A stretch of DNA of 63,747 nucleotides, counting the filler, from Phoronis australis (lineage: Eukaryota; Animalia; Phoronida): assembly GCA_002633005.1 (NCBI GenBank). It is 10 parts of 10 records of this genome, joined end to end, with 100 filler letters (N's around TTAATTAATTAA, not from the genome) between each part and the next. Parts side by side here need not be neighbours in the genome. Positions count along the whole stretch, not along the records: positions 51,112 to 54,121 come from NMRA01003278.1; positions 54,222 to 59,217 come from NMRA01002443.1; positions 59,318 to 62,647 come from NMRA01003087.1; positions 62,748 to 63,747 come from NMRA01001808.1; 6 more parts are not named here. The stretch is one strand, 5' to 3'. Under the pieces are notes generated by a model, which saw only the letters and a list, made by a program, of their open reading frames with translations, searched no databases and was not told the DNA's origin. Each line of letters opens with the position of its first letter. Position 1 is the stretch's first letter. Both the position numbers and the translations under genes were made by a program. Positions 52,240-63,110 of this stretch are shown here, one piece after another.

Positions 52240-54121
52240 ATGGCTGTTTGTCTCGGAGGTTTACCGGCAGTTGGACAGTTTAGTGTGGAGGGCGAGCCCG
52301 AGAATATCGAGCAAAAATGGAAGCGCTGGATCGACGAGTTCGGCTTGTTCACCGCGGCGTCTGGGGTATCGGACGGAAATCAGAAGCGAGCTCTGTTGCT
52401 ACACTTGGGCGGACCGGATGTCAGGGACGTTTTTAGAACACTCGAAGATACGGGAAACACTTATGAGTCTGCCGTTGCGGCGCTCAATAAGCATTTTAAA
52501 TGTAAAAAGAACATACCAATGGCACGCCAAAAGTTCATGTTGTGTGAGCCCCAGCCTGGAGAGACGATCGATCAATACATCACATGGTTGAAGATTTTAG
52601 TGAAGGACTGCTCGTATGAGCGAACGGTTGACGGAGTGACAGATTATACAGAGACAAATAATCAAGTAAGGGACAAAGTACTCACATACATTACAAACAA
52701 ACACTTGAAGAGCAAGCTGTATAATGAAACAGACTTGACTCTAGAAACACTTGTCCAGATAGTGAGGTCGTATCATGATAAGGATGCTTTGGTTATGAAA
52801 TCAGGAAGTGTGAATTTTGTCGTCGAGCCGAGGCAGCCTGCGTTTAAGGACAATCGACAATGTTATCGCTGTAACCAGACCGGACATTTTATTCGCGACT
52901 GCCCCGAAAACCTGAAGCAGCCGGGTACATCGAATCGCAGAAAGCAGTCGAGTAGCGCGAGCCGTGGAAATCGGTCCGGTAGTGCAAGCAGTGGACACAG
53001 ATTTGGTGGTGCTAACAATCGTAAGGGACATTACCATGTCAATCAGACAACTGGAGAAGAGGCTGAAGCGGATGAGGAGCCTGAGAACAACTACTACGCA
53101 TATGGTGTCAACGCCAATATTGACATTGAGCCTGTAGATATTTGTGTTAATAATTATGTAACTATGCCAGTGCTTATTGACTCATGTTCTACTTGCAATC
53201 TAATTTCTAAAACGTCATTTGAAATGTATTGCAAAGATGTTACTGTTAAACCACACGGTAGTAGTAGAGTATTCCCCTACGCCTCGACCAAATCTTTACC
53301 ACTCATTGGCAAATGTAATCTAAAATTGATTGTCCCTGAGAATAACAAATGTTGTGATGCTCTATTTTTCATAGTAGATGGGGATGCGCCAACCCTGCTC
53401 AGTAAATCCACAAGTGAAGCTCTTGACCTGTTGCGAATAGGCGTGGCCTGTCAGGTCAACAACGACTTACTTGGTCAGTTGTGTATGAAGTATCCCATGG
53501 TTTTCAATGGTATTGGTAAGTTAAATGACTACCAACTTAAATTCCACATTGATGAAAGTGTTCAGCCAGTAATCCAGCCCTTGAGACGAGTGCCCTTCAG
53601 CCGACGTGAGAAAGTCACTGCTAAGTTGAAAGAATTAGAGGAGCTTGGAATCATTGAGAAGGTCAATACTCCCACTTCTTGGGTAAATCCTCTGGTTGTT
53701 GTAGAGAAGCCGAATGGCGATGTGAGAATTTGCGTGGATATGCGCAGGGCGAATGAGGCTATAGTGAGGGAGCGACACCCTGTCCCTACTGTCGAAGAGA
53801 CACTTCAAGAGATTTCAGATGCACTTGTTTTTGCAAAACTTGATCTTAACATGGCATTCCACCAGATTGAGTTGCATCCTGCCTCAAGGGATATCACAAC
53901 TTTTGCAGCACCCTCTGGTCTTTATAGGTATAAGCGTCTCCTGTTTGGGGTAAACATGGCTACAGAAAAATTTCAGCACATTATCAGTCAGATTCTCAGT
54001 GGTCTCGAAGGTGTCCACAACCTTCACGATGACATTAGGGTGGTTGCCAGTGATCACGAGCAACTTGCAGTGAGGGTGGAAAATGTAGTCCGTAGATTTG
54101 CCGACCATGGTCTTACTCTCA
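52240..54121 (+). mobile_element. Ty3/Gypsy LTR retrotransposon gag-pol (gag, CCHC knuckle, aspartic protease, RT), truncated by spacer
   Basis: Single stop-free ORF: KRALLLHLGG, CYRCNQTGHFIRDC, LIDSCST, SWVNPLVVVEKPNGDVRICVDMRRAN, FAKLDLNMAFHQI, YRYKRLLFGV, NLHDDI. Confidence 0.96.
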
Positions 54122-54299
54122 NNNNNNNNNNNNNNNNNNNNNNNNNNNNNNNNNNNNNNNNNNNNTTAATTAATTAANNNNNNNNNNNNNNNNNNNNNNN
54201 NNNNNNNNNNNNNNNNNNNNNATTATTCCTGTTTCTCCGTCTGGCGCTCGGCCGAAAATTTTGCTGATATGCTCCTTGTATGGATGGAACTATCCAAAC

Positions 54300-55000
54300 C
54301 ACTCTAAGGAATATTGTGAAAATGGGCATAAATTATGTTAATGCTGGGTAGAGAATGACTTGAGATGGTTTTCAAATGGCTCCCGACTATTGTGGCACCT
54401 CCTAGAGGCATTTTTTTGCATCTATGACTTTGTTTCCTAAACCCCTGCAGCATCTTAAATTTGGCAAATGCGTTTGTGGGAAGGTGACCAGGGATGTGGC
54501 AATTTTTCTTCTGTTTTCCGCTGTATCTCTGGAGTTCCTTGATGTATTTGTGAGAGTAAGCAAATAGATTTCTATTAAAAAAGGCAATGACAACTTGTTG
54601 TTTTACAGATGGATTTGACACTGTGTACGCCTCCTAGTTGCCATTTTTATTACTTTCAACTCTGACTGCTTTTTGGCACCCATCTCTCTATCAACCAAAC
54701 CACTCTAAGAATTGTTATGAAATTATTTATGTTCTTACAGGGAAGAGCATGGCTGACAATGATTTTTGGTCAATCTTGACTACTGTGGTGCCCCCTCATG
54801 GCAGTTCTGCTTTTTCACATCCACAGCTGTTTCTCTTGAACCATCCTTGTGAAGTTTTGTAAGACGAGCATATTTCAATGGATGACGATGACCTGGATGT
54901 ATTTGACTGTATCACTGTGCCCTCTAGTGCCAGTTTTATTTTTTACGATCTTGGCAGCTGTGTTACTATTGAGGAGAGCGTTGCTGACTTGCTATGTAGT
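54300..55000 (+). repeat. Additional core repeats of the Helentron-type family
   Basis: Shares AAACCACTCTAAG.AT..TTGTGAAA, GATGGATTTGACA and CC.CCTAG.GG blocks with 55012-56137. Confidence 0.65.
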
Positions 55001-55011
55001 CCTTATTGCTA

Positions 55012-56137
55012 TTTTTATGCACCCATATAATGTGGGTGCATATTGTCTGTCCGGGCGTCTGGGCTTCCCATGTCCGCAGCTATATCTCCTAAACCCCTCA
55101 AAGGATCTTGTTAGGATTTGGCAGATGTGTTCCTATGAAGCTGACGACGGACCCGATTACTGGTGTGCCCCCTAGTGGCAATATACGTTTTTATGGCAAA
55201 GCTCTTCAACGGATTTTCATGAAACTTGGCACATAGGCATGTATTAATAAGATGATGCTATCCTCTCATTTTCGGATGGATTCGACATATTTTATGCCAC
55301 CTAGTGGCCATTTTAACGTCTGCACCTCTGTCAACCAAACCGCTCTATGGATGATTGTGAAAATTGTCATGACTTTTGTATGTTTTTACTGTGAAGAGGG
55401 CAGCTGACAATGAACGGCTACAACTTTCAAACATATCCGGCGATCGCTGTGCCCCCTAGTGGCAATTTCATTGAATTTCTTTCTTCGTTTTTCTTAGTCG
55501 TTTTTTCTGAAGTTCCTTGTCAGATATCTATGAAACTTATTAAAAAGATTTCTATTAAAGAAATGATGACATATTCCCATTTTCGGTTGGCTTTGACATA
55601 TTTTGCACCATGTAGTGGCCATTTTTACAGTTTTCGAGTCTGTGTTTTGGCATCCCCCCTCTTCCAAGAAAACCACTCTGAGGGTGATTGTGAAAATTGG
55701 CATATATGTTCTTAGTGTGAAGAGAGTGGTTGATGGTGATTTTCTGACGACTGTGGCACCACCTAGTGGCAGTTTTTTTTGCTTCCATAGCTGTATCCCC
55801 TAAACCCACTGCAGTATCTTTGTTAAATTTAGCAAGTGTATTAAAGTTGACAACGTACGACGACTTTGAGATAGATCCAACAAACTCTATGCCACCTAGT
55901 GGCAATTTCATTTTTTGTTCTGTTTTCCTCTGTTTCTGTGAAGTTCCTTCAGTTGATGGATTTTTATGAATTGGTAAACAGCTTTCCATTAAAGAAACCT
56001 TGACATGTTGCCATGTTCGGATGGATTCGACATATTTTGCACCATCTAGTGGTCATTTTTAGGACACAAACACCCCTCGAAGCACACTTTTTGCGATGTA
56101 TTCGTGGGCGCATTTCAACACTCCGTGTTGCTCATGT
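55012..56137 (+). mobile_element. Non-autonomous Helentron-type element with ~130-156-bp core repeats carrying CTCF-like motifs
   Basis: Head TTTTTATGCACCC-ATATAATGT-GGGTGCATA, GTCTGTCC, seven CC.CCTAGTGG-type motifs, 3' GGGCGCATT plus hairpin CAACAC-TCC-GTGTTG (56116-56130). Confidence 0.75.
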
Positions 56138-56982
56138 AAATTTACTAGCTCCATTTATTGGGATTGTTTGAAATAGTATAACTGTCCCTTTATGTATCTG
56201 AAACATATGCCATGCACATGATAGTCACATCAGCGCCCTACGTTACTCTTGTTTGTTTCTGGTGACAAGGGAATGGAGAGTAGCCAGTGGCTCTAAAGTT
56301 TATGACCCTTTGAATTTTTTGTGTCGTGTTCTGGTATATGACATTTATTTGAAAATTGTCTCTCAGTCTATTTTCTAGTCCCTGTGCACTGCTATTACAA
56401 TTGGGTTTGACGACGATGACAAAGTAGTTCCGTATAAAAACATGATTGGTGGATGATGTCACAACATGTTGAGCCACCGAGTTACAACATTTTCTGGTTT
56501 GTCGCCACATGTCATGGAACCATGAATTGTCGGCCTTTTTGCTCAATTTTTACGATCTCTCATTTTGAAAACCTCATATCGTGTGTTGGGCTCATGTTTC
56601 ATTGATTTGTTTTCATGGATCATTTCAATTAGTGCTCGTGGTCACATGTTTTAGTCGGAGAACATCTCCTCTGTTTTGTCCTTACTTTATGCGATTGTAA
56701 AATGAATGATTGTCTTTTTATTAAGGCGAGTTTTCCAGTAGGAGTAGGTTTATTGTAACAGTTTCTTTCAAACCTTTATATGTTAGGGTTGAAAACTGGC
56801 ATTTTCAAGTGATCTAAACAGTAGACAGTTTTGGTATCGGGTACATTGTGAAACTGAAGTGTAACAACATTATTGTCCGAGAATTAAATATGGCTTCTTG
56901 ACGGATTCTATTGACTAAATAGTATTTTCAGTTGATTGAAATTGATGTTCATTATTTTGTACAACATTGTCTACATTTGCAG

Positions 56983-57156
56983 GTCTCAAATGTCCCGAGC
57001 TACATGACATACCCCATGGCTCAGTGACTTACACAGACTTGTCTTACCTGTCTGTGGCTACGTACACCTGCAGTGAACAGTTTGAACTGGTTGGCGACAA
57101 AAAAAGAGTGTGTACCATCAATGAAACATGGAGCGGCTCGGAACCAACTTGCCAAT
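56983..57156 (+). CDS. Sushi/CCP domain exon (LKCPELHDIPHGSVTY...YTCSEQFELVGDKKRVCTINETWSGSEPTCQ)
   Basis: 174-nt phase 1-1 exon, TTTGCAG acceptor, T|GTAAGT donor; four Cys and W.G..P.C. Confidence 0.93.
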
Positions 57157-57464
57157 GTAAGTGTCAGAAAACTAGCTGATCTCTTGGTCTAGCATGCTTT
57201 CTGCTACAGAAGTTGTTGTGCTCTTCATTTCAAAGAAAATGGAATTATTTATAACTGATGATAAAGTATTGATCGTGGTTCCTGGTTGTGGAGAACACAG
57301 TAACGACAAACAAACTCCTGTGAAAGTGAACAAGGTAAAACAACATGGAAAAATGAAAAATCATTGTGAATTATGTTGTGAGCTCATACACTATTTAATA
57401 ACTTACTGTTTGCCTAAATTAAATATTAACAGGTAGCCGCATGTGTCATTTAAAACTATTTGTA

Positions 57465-57702
57465 AGCAGTCTGGTTGGTACACTTTATACTTGATGAGAA
57501 CAGGCTGCTCGGGTGAGCGCATAGCACTGATCACCTGGAACCATTTGCATTGCTTTATTGATAGATATAACTAGTTGAAACTGAGCTGAGGAGCTAGAGA
57601 CCTGGATCAGGGGTCTAACAGTGTTCCTTAGTGGGACTACTAGTCAAACACACGACCCTGAGTAAAGAAGTGCACACTTATATCACTACTCACACACTCT
57701 CC
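57465..57702 (-). mobile_element. tRNA-derived SINE, copy 2 (degenerate), in the Sushi-gene intron
   Basis: Homology to 13150-13370: GCACTGATCAC, GAGCTGAGGAGCTAG, CACGACC..GAGTAAAGAA. Confidence 0.65.
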
Positions 57703-58098
57703 TAACAAGTGTTATTGCAATGTTCCTTTAGTTTTTATAGTTAGGTACAGTAATTTAAACTTGTCCTGTTAAATTAGCCTTTTGTTTTGGTGCAGTCTGC
57801 CTGGCATGTAGCTGTTGGGTCTTCCTGTGGCCGGTGTCATAGAATTGACCGCAATGTCACAATCAGGCATTGGTGTCATGAAATTTAGGATGTTGATTGA
57901 GTATCTTTGTGTTCAGCTAGTGTTTGGTTTACGTCATCTTTTAAGAGAGTTTGGTTTTCTCTATGCGCATAATTAATTTAGACTCCATGGATTTCCATTG
58001 TTGTGACTGTTCTTAATTTGTCATTGTCCAAATTAAGAAATTTGTATCACAAAGGTATATAACAGTATGTTTAATGTAATCTTAACTTATTTTCACAG

Positions 58099-58218
58099 CT
58101 CGTGGCTGTCCTGTTTTACAAGCACCGAAATATGGTAAAATTATCATTGGCAAAAATGGGTTTGCCCTGAACTCTCACGTCGGATTCATGTGCACGGCTC
58201 CAGGTTTCGAAATTTCTG
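58099..58218 (+). CDS. First half of a second Sushi domain (RGCPVLQAPKYGKII...VGFMCTAPGFEISG)
   Basis: 120-nt phase 1-1 exon, TTTCACAG acceptor, G|GTAAGG donor; splices in frame to 57156. Confidence 0.85.
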
Positions 58219-58513
58219 GTAAGGTCTTGGTTTTTATCAAAGTGTGAACTAAAAGTGGTAAATCATAACGTCATGTGTGCATTGCTGCTGTTTAGATCGT
58301 GGCACGTTTGACAGGCTTTTATAATGTCGTGACATGTATAATGCTTATCCACCTGTCTGCTTGTTGTTGATCTAGCCCCAGTGATTTTGTGATACACCGA
58401 CAGACCAGCTGAAACACGGTGGGTTAAATCTTGACACGTTTGAAGGTTACAAACACGGATAAACTGATAAACAAAATGTACTATTCTTACCGTAGATCAT
58501 TTGAATCTTAATT

Positions 58514-58817
58514 TATTTATTTATTATTTATTAATGTAATATTTAGAATGAGGTAACCCCATCAGTTCACACTGTTTTCCATAGGGGCCCTCAGTAAAAA
58601 CAGATAGTAAGAGAAAAACAGAATTACAAAATGAAAGACAAACTTAAGTAATAAGCAAAGAATAAGAAATTAACACGGAAAGACTGATGAAGCAAAATAA
58701 AAAATAAAACATGAAAAACAGACAATATTAATTAATAAAAGTAAGACATTATATAATTAACAAATGAATAAACATGCAATTCTTAGACACTACATGAAGT
58801 TAAATCTATTTAATTTA
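58514..58817 (-). mobile_element. 5'-truncated retroposon 3' end with (ATAA)-type tail and 11-bp TSD
   Basis: GAATCTTAATT at 58503-58513 and 58818-58828; minus strand ends GAGGGCCCC..GGAAAACAGT..ACTGATGGGGTTACC..AATAAATAATAAATAAATA. Confidence 0.65.
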
Positions 58818-59712
58818 GAATCTTAATTCATTTGACATCATGTATATTTCTTGGAATCCATTAGCGATGACACGCCTGTCCTGAAATGTCAGCACCACTC
58901 TCATTCCAAGTTATTTACCCACAGTGCAACACGTGTCAAGCATTTGATCCTCAGACCTGTTTCTCTATATGCAAAGTCACATGCTTATAACCTAATTTAA
59001 TGTTATTCATTGTTACATAGGCAAACTTGCATTATTCCATTTTTGAGTTGCAGTGTTGGTACCAAAAATTGGGCTAATATCAATGGGTGACGTGAGACGT
59101 GGACAGTCTTGTGTTAGTGTTGCAATATGCTATGTTATTAATATGCCTTGGTCATTACATTCAAGTTGTTATCAAGTGAATTGCACTTCACCTGAGTCTG
59201 CTATGTGATTATACCCTNNNNNNNNNNNNNNNNNNNNNNNNNNNNNNNNNNNNNNNNNNNNTTAATTAATTAANNNNNNNNNNNNNNNNNNNNNNNNNNN
59301 NNNNNNNNNNNNNNNNNCAAGATTTAGCCAATAAGAATTCTCACCCTTACAAGATTACAATGCAAGTAGGGTTATACCATAATGGTCCTTTACTACAGTG
59401 GAGACAGAACATGATTGAGGTCCTATTGTCCAAATTCAATTGGCCATTTAACCCGATTAGAGAATACTGTATGTGCTCACAAGAGGTTAGTTCATCTCAT
59501 TCTTCATTGTAAACAGTCGAATGTGTCATACAGTAGATGTTAACCAACTCTTAAACCAGACAGGTTTTTGCGCCACCGGTTGGTGGCAAATATCTCTTGG
59601 CATCAAATCTGTGCTGGTCCAGCCTCAGGGAAACATTAAAAAAATCAAGACCTGTCAGTGAAAAAACCCTGGTCCAGTAGAGAGTACAACGTGGAGAAGG
59701 GTGCCATGACTG

Positions 59713-59817
59713 CTAACTGGCGTGTGACGAAGCGGTGCGGGTACCATCTGGTTTGTGGTCCATCCCTGCGGCAACATACGAGAACACACAGAGAACGGCG
59801 TAACAGATCTGGTCAGC
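59713..59817 (-). CDS. MADD: MADD/DENN (Rab3-GEF, AEX-3) last exon: ADQICYAVLCVFSYVAAGMDHKPDGTRTASSHAS*
   Basis: Acceptor TCTTTCATCTCCTTGCAG|GCT; matches the MADD C-terminal A..ICY.VLC.FSYVAA motif as I recall it (human AHEICYSVLCLFSYVAA). Not annotated in the ORF track. Confidence 0.8.
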   Translation of the reverse strand, partial: ADQICYAVLCVFSYVAAGMDHKPDGTRTASSHAS

Positions 59818-61079
59818 CTGCAAGGAGATGAAAGACTCACGTGACTACACTCAGAGTGCGTATAACAGACACCACAGGCAGATAGGTGTTCGAGACGACT
59901 GGTTAGATTAATTTGAGTGACATTTTAGCTGATTTTCACTTGAACGGTCGACCTAACTCTACCCTAGATCTGCTCACGGACTATTATGTACAAGCAAGTA
60001 TTGCAACTCACCATAAACTTAAAACCTACTTTAAACAAATTATAGCCATCTACAATGCCGTCACCCGGAAACCATTTTAACTTTAGAGCTTTTCTATGAG
60101 GCGAGCTAGCACTCCTGATTTCACACATTAAATACACTGTGAACTGGCTGGAGCTCATTGAGAAGTTTGCTTAATGCAAATATATTCGCCTCCACAAACC
60201 AAGTTAAAGTTAGCTTTTACATATTTACCACTACTACGGGGTTTAAAGCAAAAACAATAACACAACTTTTACACAAAAATTATCAACTTGCGCAACTGCT
60301 GTCCAAAAGGCCCGTTTCTAAAAGAACTCGCATTTCATAATCAAACGAGTGACATTAAGTTTTACTCGAAGCAACTTTTAGCAAAAAACTGTGTCAACTA
60401 AAACAAAATCAAGTCACTCGGTCACAAGTCCACTCGCGCATCACCAATGACAACCAATCAACATGAAAAGCCAATTAACTAAACATCCATACAGGCAATA
60501 CTTAACTAGATGTTAATTTCCGACACACTGGGCTATTAAATGTTAATGCCTGGCACAGGCAGTGTTAACACAGAGAAAATGACAGTCAATATTGAGCAGA
60601 TGACAGATCCCGACAGATTGGTATTAAAACCTTTTAAAAGATGAGAAGCTGATGATCACATTGTGATTACAGCGAGGCTTGCTACAGGTGGGATGGACCA
60701 TATCTTTATGAATTTCATTCAATTCTTTAAGGAGGAATTCAATCATTTTTCGATTCAATTCTTGTTCGTTAAATTGAATCAGATAAAAATTTCTCAAACA
60801 TTAGTAGTTAAGTTACCACTCACACTAATTTGCGCAACTTCGCAAAATAACTTTCAAGGCATCATTCAGCTACGGTAAATAAATAAACAGTTCGTGTTAG
60901 AGTTCGAGGCATGTAGTCCTCTCCACACTACAGCTACATCACTCATCAACGCCTAAAGCATCGACACTCACCTATTTACATTGTACTGCACTCGCTCAAT
61001 AAGGAGTTTTCATTCCAACTCACTCCAAACTTTAGATTTTTCACAGTGTTGCAGAGCATCATTTTGTTTCTTAGACTTT

Positions 61080-62000
61080 AGTGATCTAGTCACAGCAAGT
61101 ATCCGTTGTAACCTAAAGCTAGGTTAGGGTCTTTTTAAGTCAATGTAGGACCCTAGAAGAATGTCCAAAATTGGCCAACTTTGGAACATCGCAACTCAGG
61201 CTGATGGGATTCACAAGAGCTTTCAGACGCTATGGTTTATGCACTTTTCTCAAAAACACTATTAGTAATGAAAATAAAATTTTAAATTGGATACTTATGC
61301 AATTAAAACATTTTATTTACGTACCTAGGTGTAAAAATAATTACCAATTTTTGTCATTTCCTTAAGATATTAGAAAGAGAATTTTATATTCAAAGAATTA
61401 ATTTTATTAAATAATGGTAATTTAGATGAATACCATGCAACCTGGAGAAACTGGTTAACCATAATTTTTGCCAGACAACATCCTACTAAAAGTGGGTGGA
61501 TATGTGAGGGGGGGGTGCGTGTGTGCGTGTGTGTATGTTACGAGTGAGAATGGCTTGTTTTTTTGTCTTAAATGTCTTTGTATTTCTGCTCTGTATACCA
61601 ATAAAAAAGGAACGGTTTTCCAAATGTTCAACTTTTGCACCAGGGTGTATCAAAACAACAGAACTTTTATGATTTTTGCCAAAAAAGATATCATTTGTAA
61701 CATTTATATCAAATAAAATTTGATCAAAGTATTGAAACCGCTGTTCTGTTATCAATGTAAGACTTTTGCTAAATTGTACTAAAACAATATGGTCACATGG
61801 CCCAATTGTTTGGTACAAAGTCAAAAATCAAATTCTACAGGTTTGTTACTTTGAGAAAATAAACTTTAAATTTTAAAATCAATCTCTATAGTTTTGTAGA
61901 CATATGGCTAAATACGTATATCATTCAATAAGTCTTACATAACATTAAGTGATCTAGTCACAGCAAGTATCTGTCAACAGTCTAAAGCTTGGTTAGAATC
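61080..62000 (+). repeat. ~870-bp unit bounded by direct repeats
   Basis: Exact AGTGATCTAGTCACAGCAAGTATC at 61080-61103 and 61948-61971, with further similarity for ~30 bp; interior related to 212-718. Confidence 0.6.
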
Positions 62001-62747
62001 CTATTAAATTTAATGCACAAAGGCCGTTACATGTCGTCTGATCATCAAATGATCAAAAACACAAGGCCCCTGTTCTTAAAAAAGTTAACTTGAAAGTGTA
62101 GTGAGTTGTTAAACTAGTCCTACCCTGCGCACAACACACTAGTATGCAGTTAGTTCTTTTGAACATCACAATCACATGACCCATTGGTTATATCCAGACA
62201 GGAACTTGCCCTGGTGCAATATGTCCCAGGAACAAGAGCATCCGGTGCATATGACCATGTGTACAGGGCTGGGCAGGTTTCTTGCCTGGACACTCAAGTG
62301 ACTTGGCGGAATTTGTGCTAGGAAAACTGCTTGCCTGAAAATGGCTAAAACTTGCCATTCCAACCAGTTGTACATGTATCTAAGTCAAAGCATGGCCCAG
62401 GATGAACACTTGATTGGACTTGTAGCAAATTGATTGTATGAGAAATTGAGAATTGATACTAGTAAATGCTAGTGAGTAAAAACAGAACAACGCGTATACT
62501 GGACATTTATTGCACGAGGACTTTTGTGAGATGCGAGAACCATTTGACTGCCAGATTTAGTTCACTTGCAAATGAAGGACTGTAGTTTCATTAGCACAGA
62601 TTCCCAAATTGTGTGTGTGAGGAGGAAAGGGTTATCTAGAGGCCACANNNNNNNNNNNNNNNNNNNNNNNNNNNNNNNNNNNNNNNNNNNNTTAATTAAT
62701 TAANNNNNNNNNNNNNNNNNNNNNNNNNNNNNNNNNNNNNNNNNNNN

Positions 62748-63110
62748 GCATGCGCGATCGCCGATATTTCCGCCATCTTTAACCGGAAGTAAACAATTTC
62801 CGGCATATATGTAAGGCACATCCGGGCCATTCATTGTGCTGATTTTCAGCTTTGTACGTAAAAAATTGTAGCCTCCAGAAGCCTTTGAATCTTAAAATGA
62901 AAACAAAATGGCCACCACAGCCGCCATCTTGGATCCGATTTCGACGAAAAACAATAGGCTTCCAGTACTTCCGGAAGTACGTGTTGTGTGTAAATTTCGT
63001 GATGATCGGACGAAAATTGCGACCTGTATCGTGCGAACAAACAAAAAAAAAAAAAAACAAACATAGTGTCAGAGCAATATACTTGGCGAAATTTATTTCG
63101 CCAAGTAATT
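62748..63110 (-). mobile_element. 5' part of a second Helentron-type (HINE) family
   Basis: Perfect hairpin TACTTGGCGAAAT-TT-ATTTCGCCAAGTA (63080-63107), GTTT/T-rich tract, then CCGATCATCACGAAATTTACACAC core. Confidence 0.65.
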
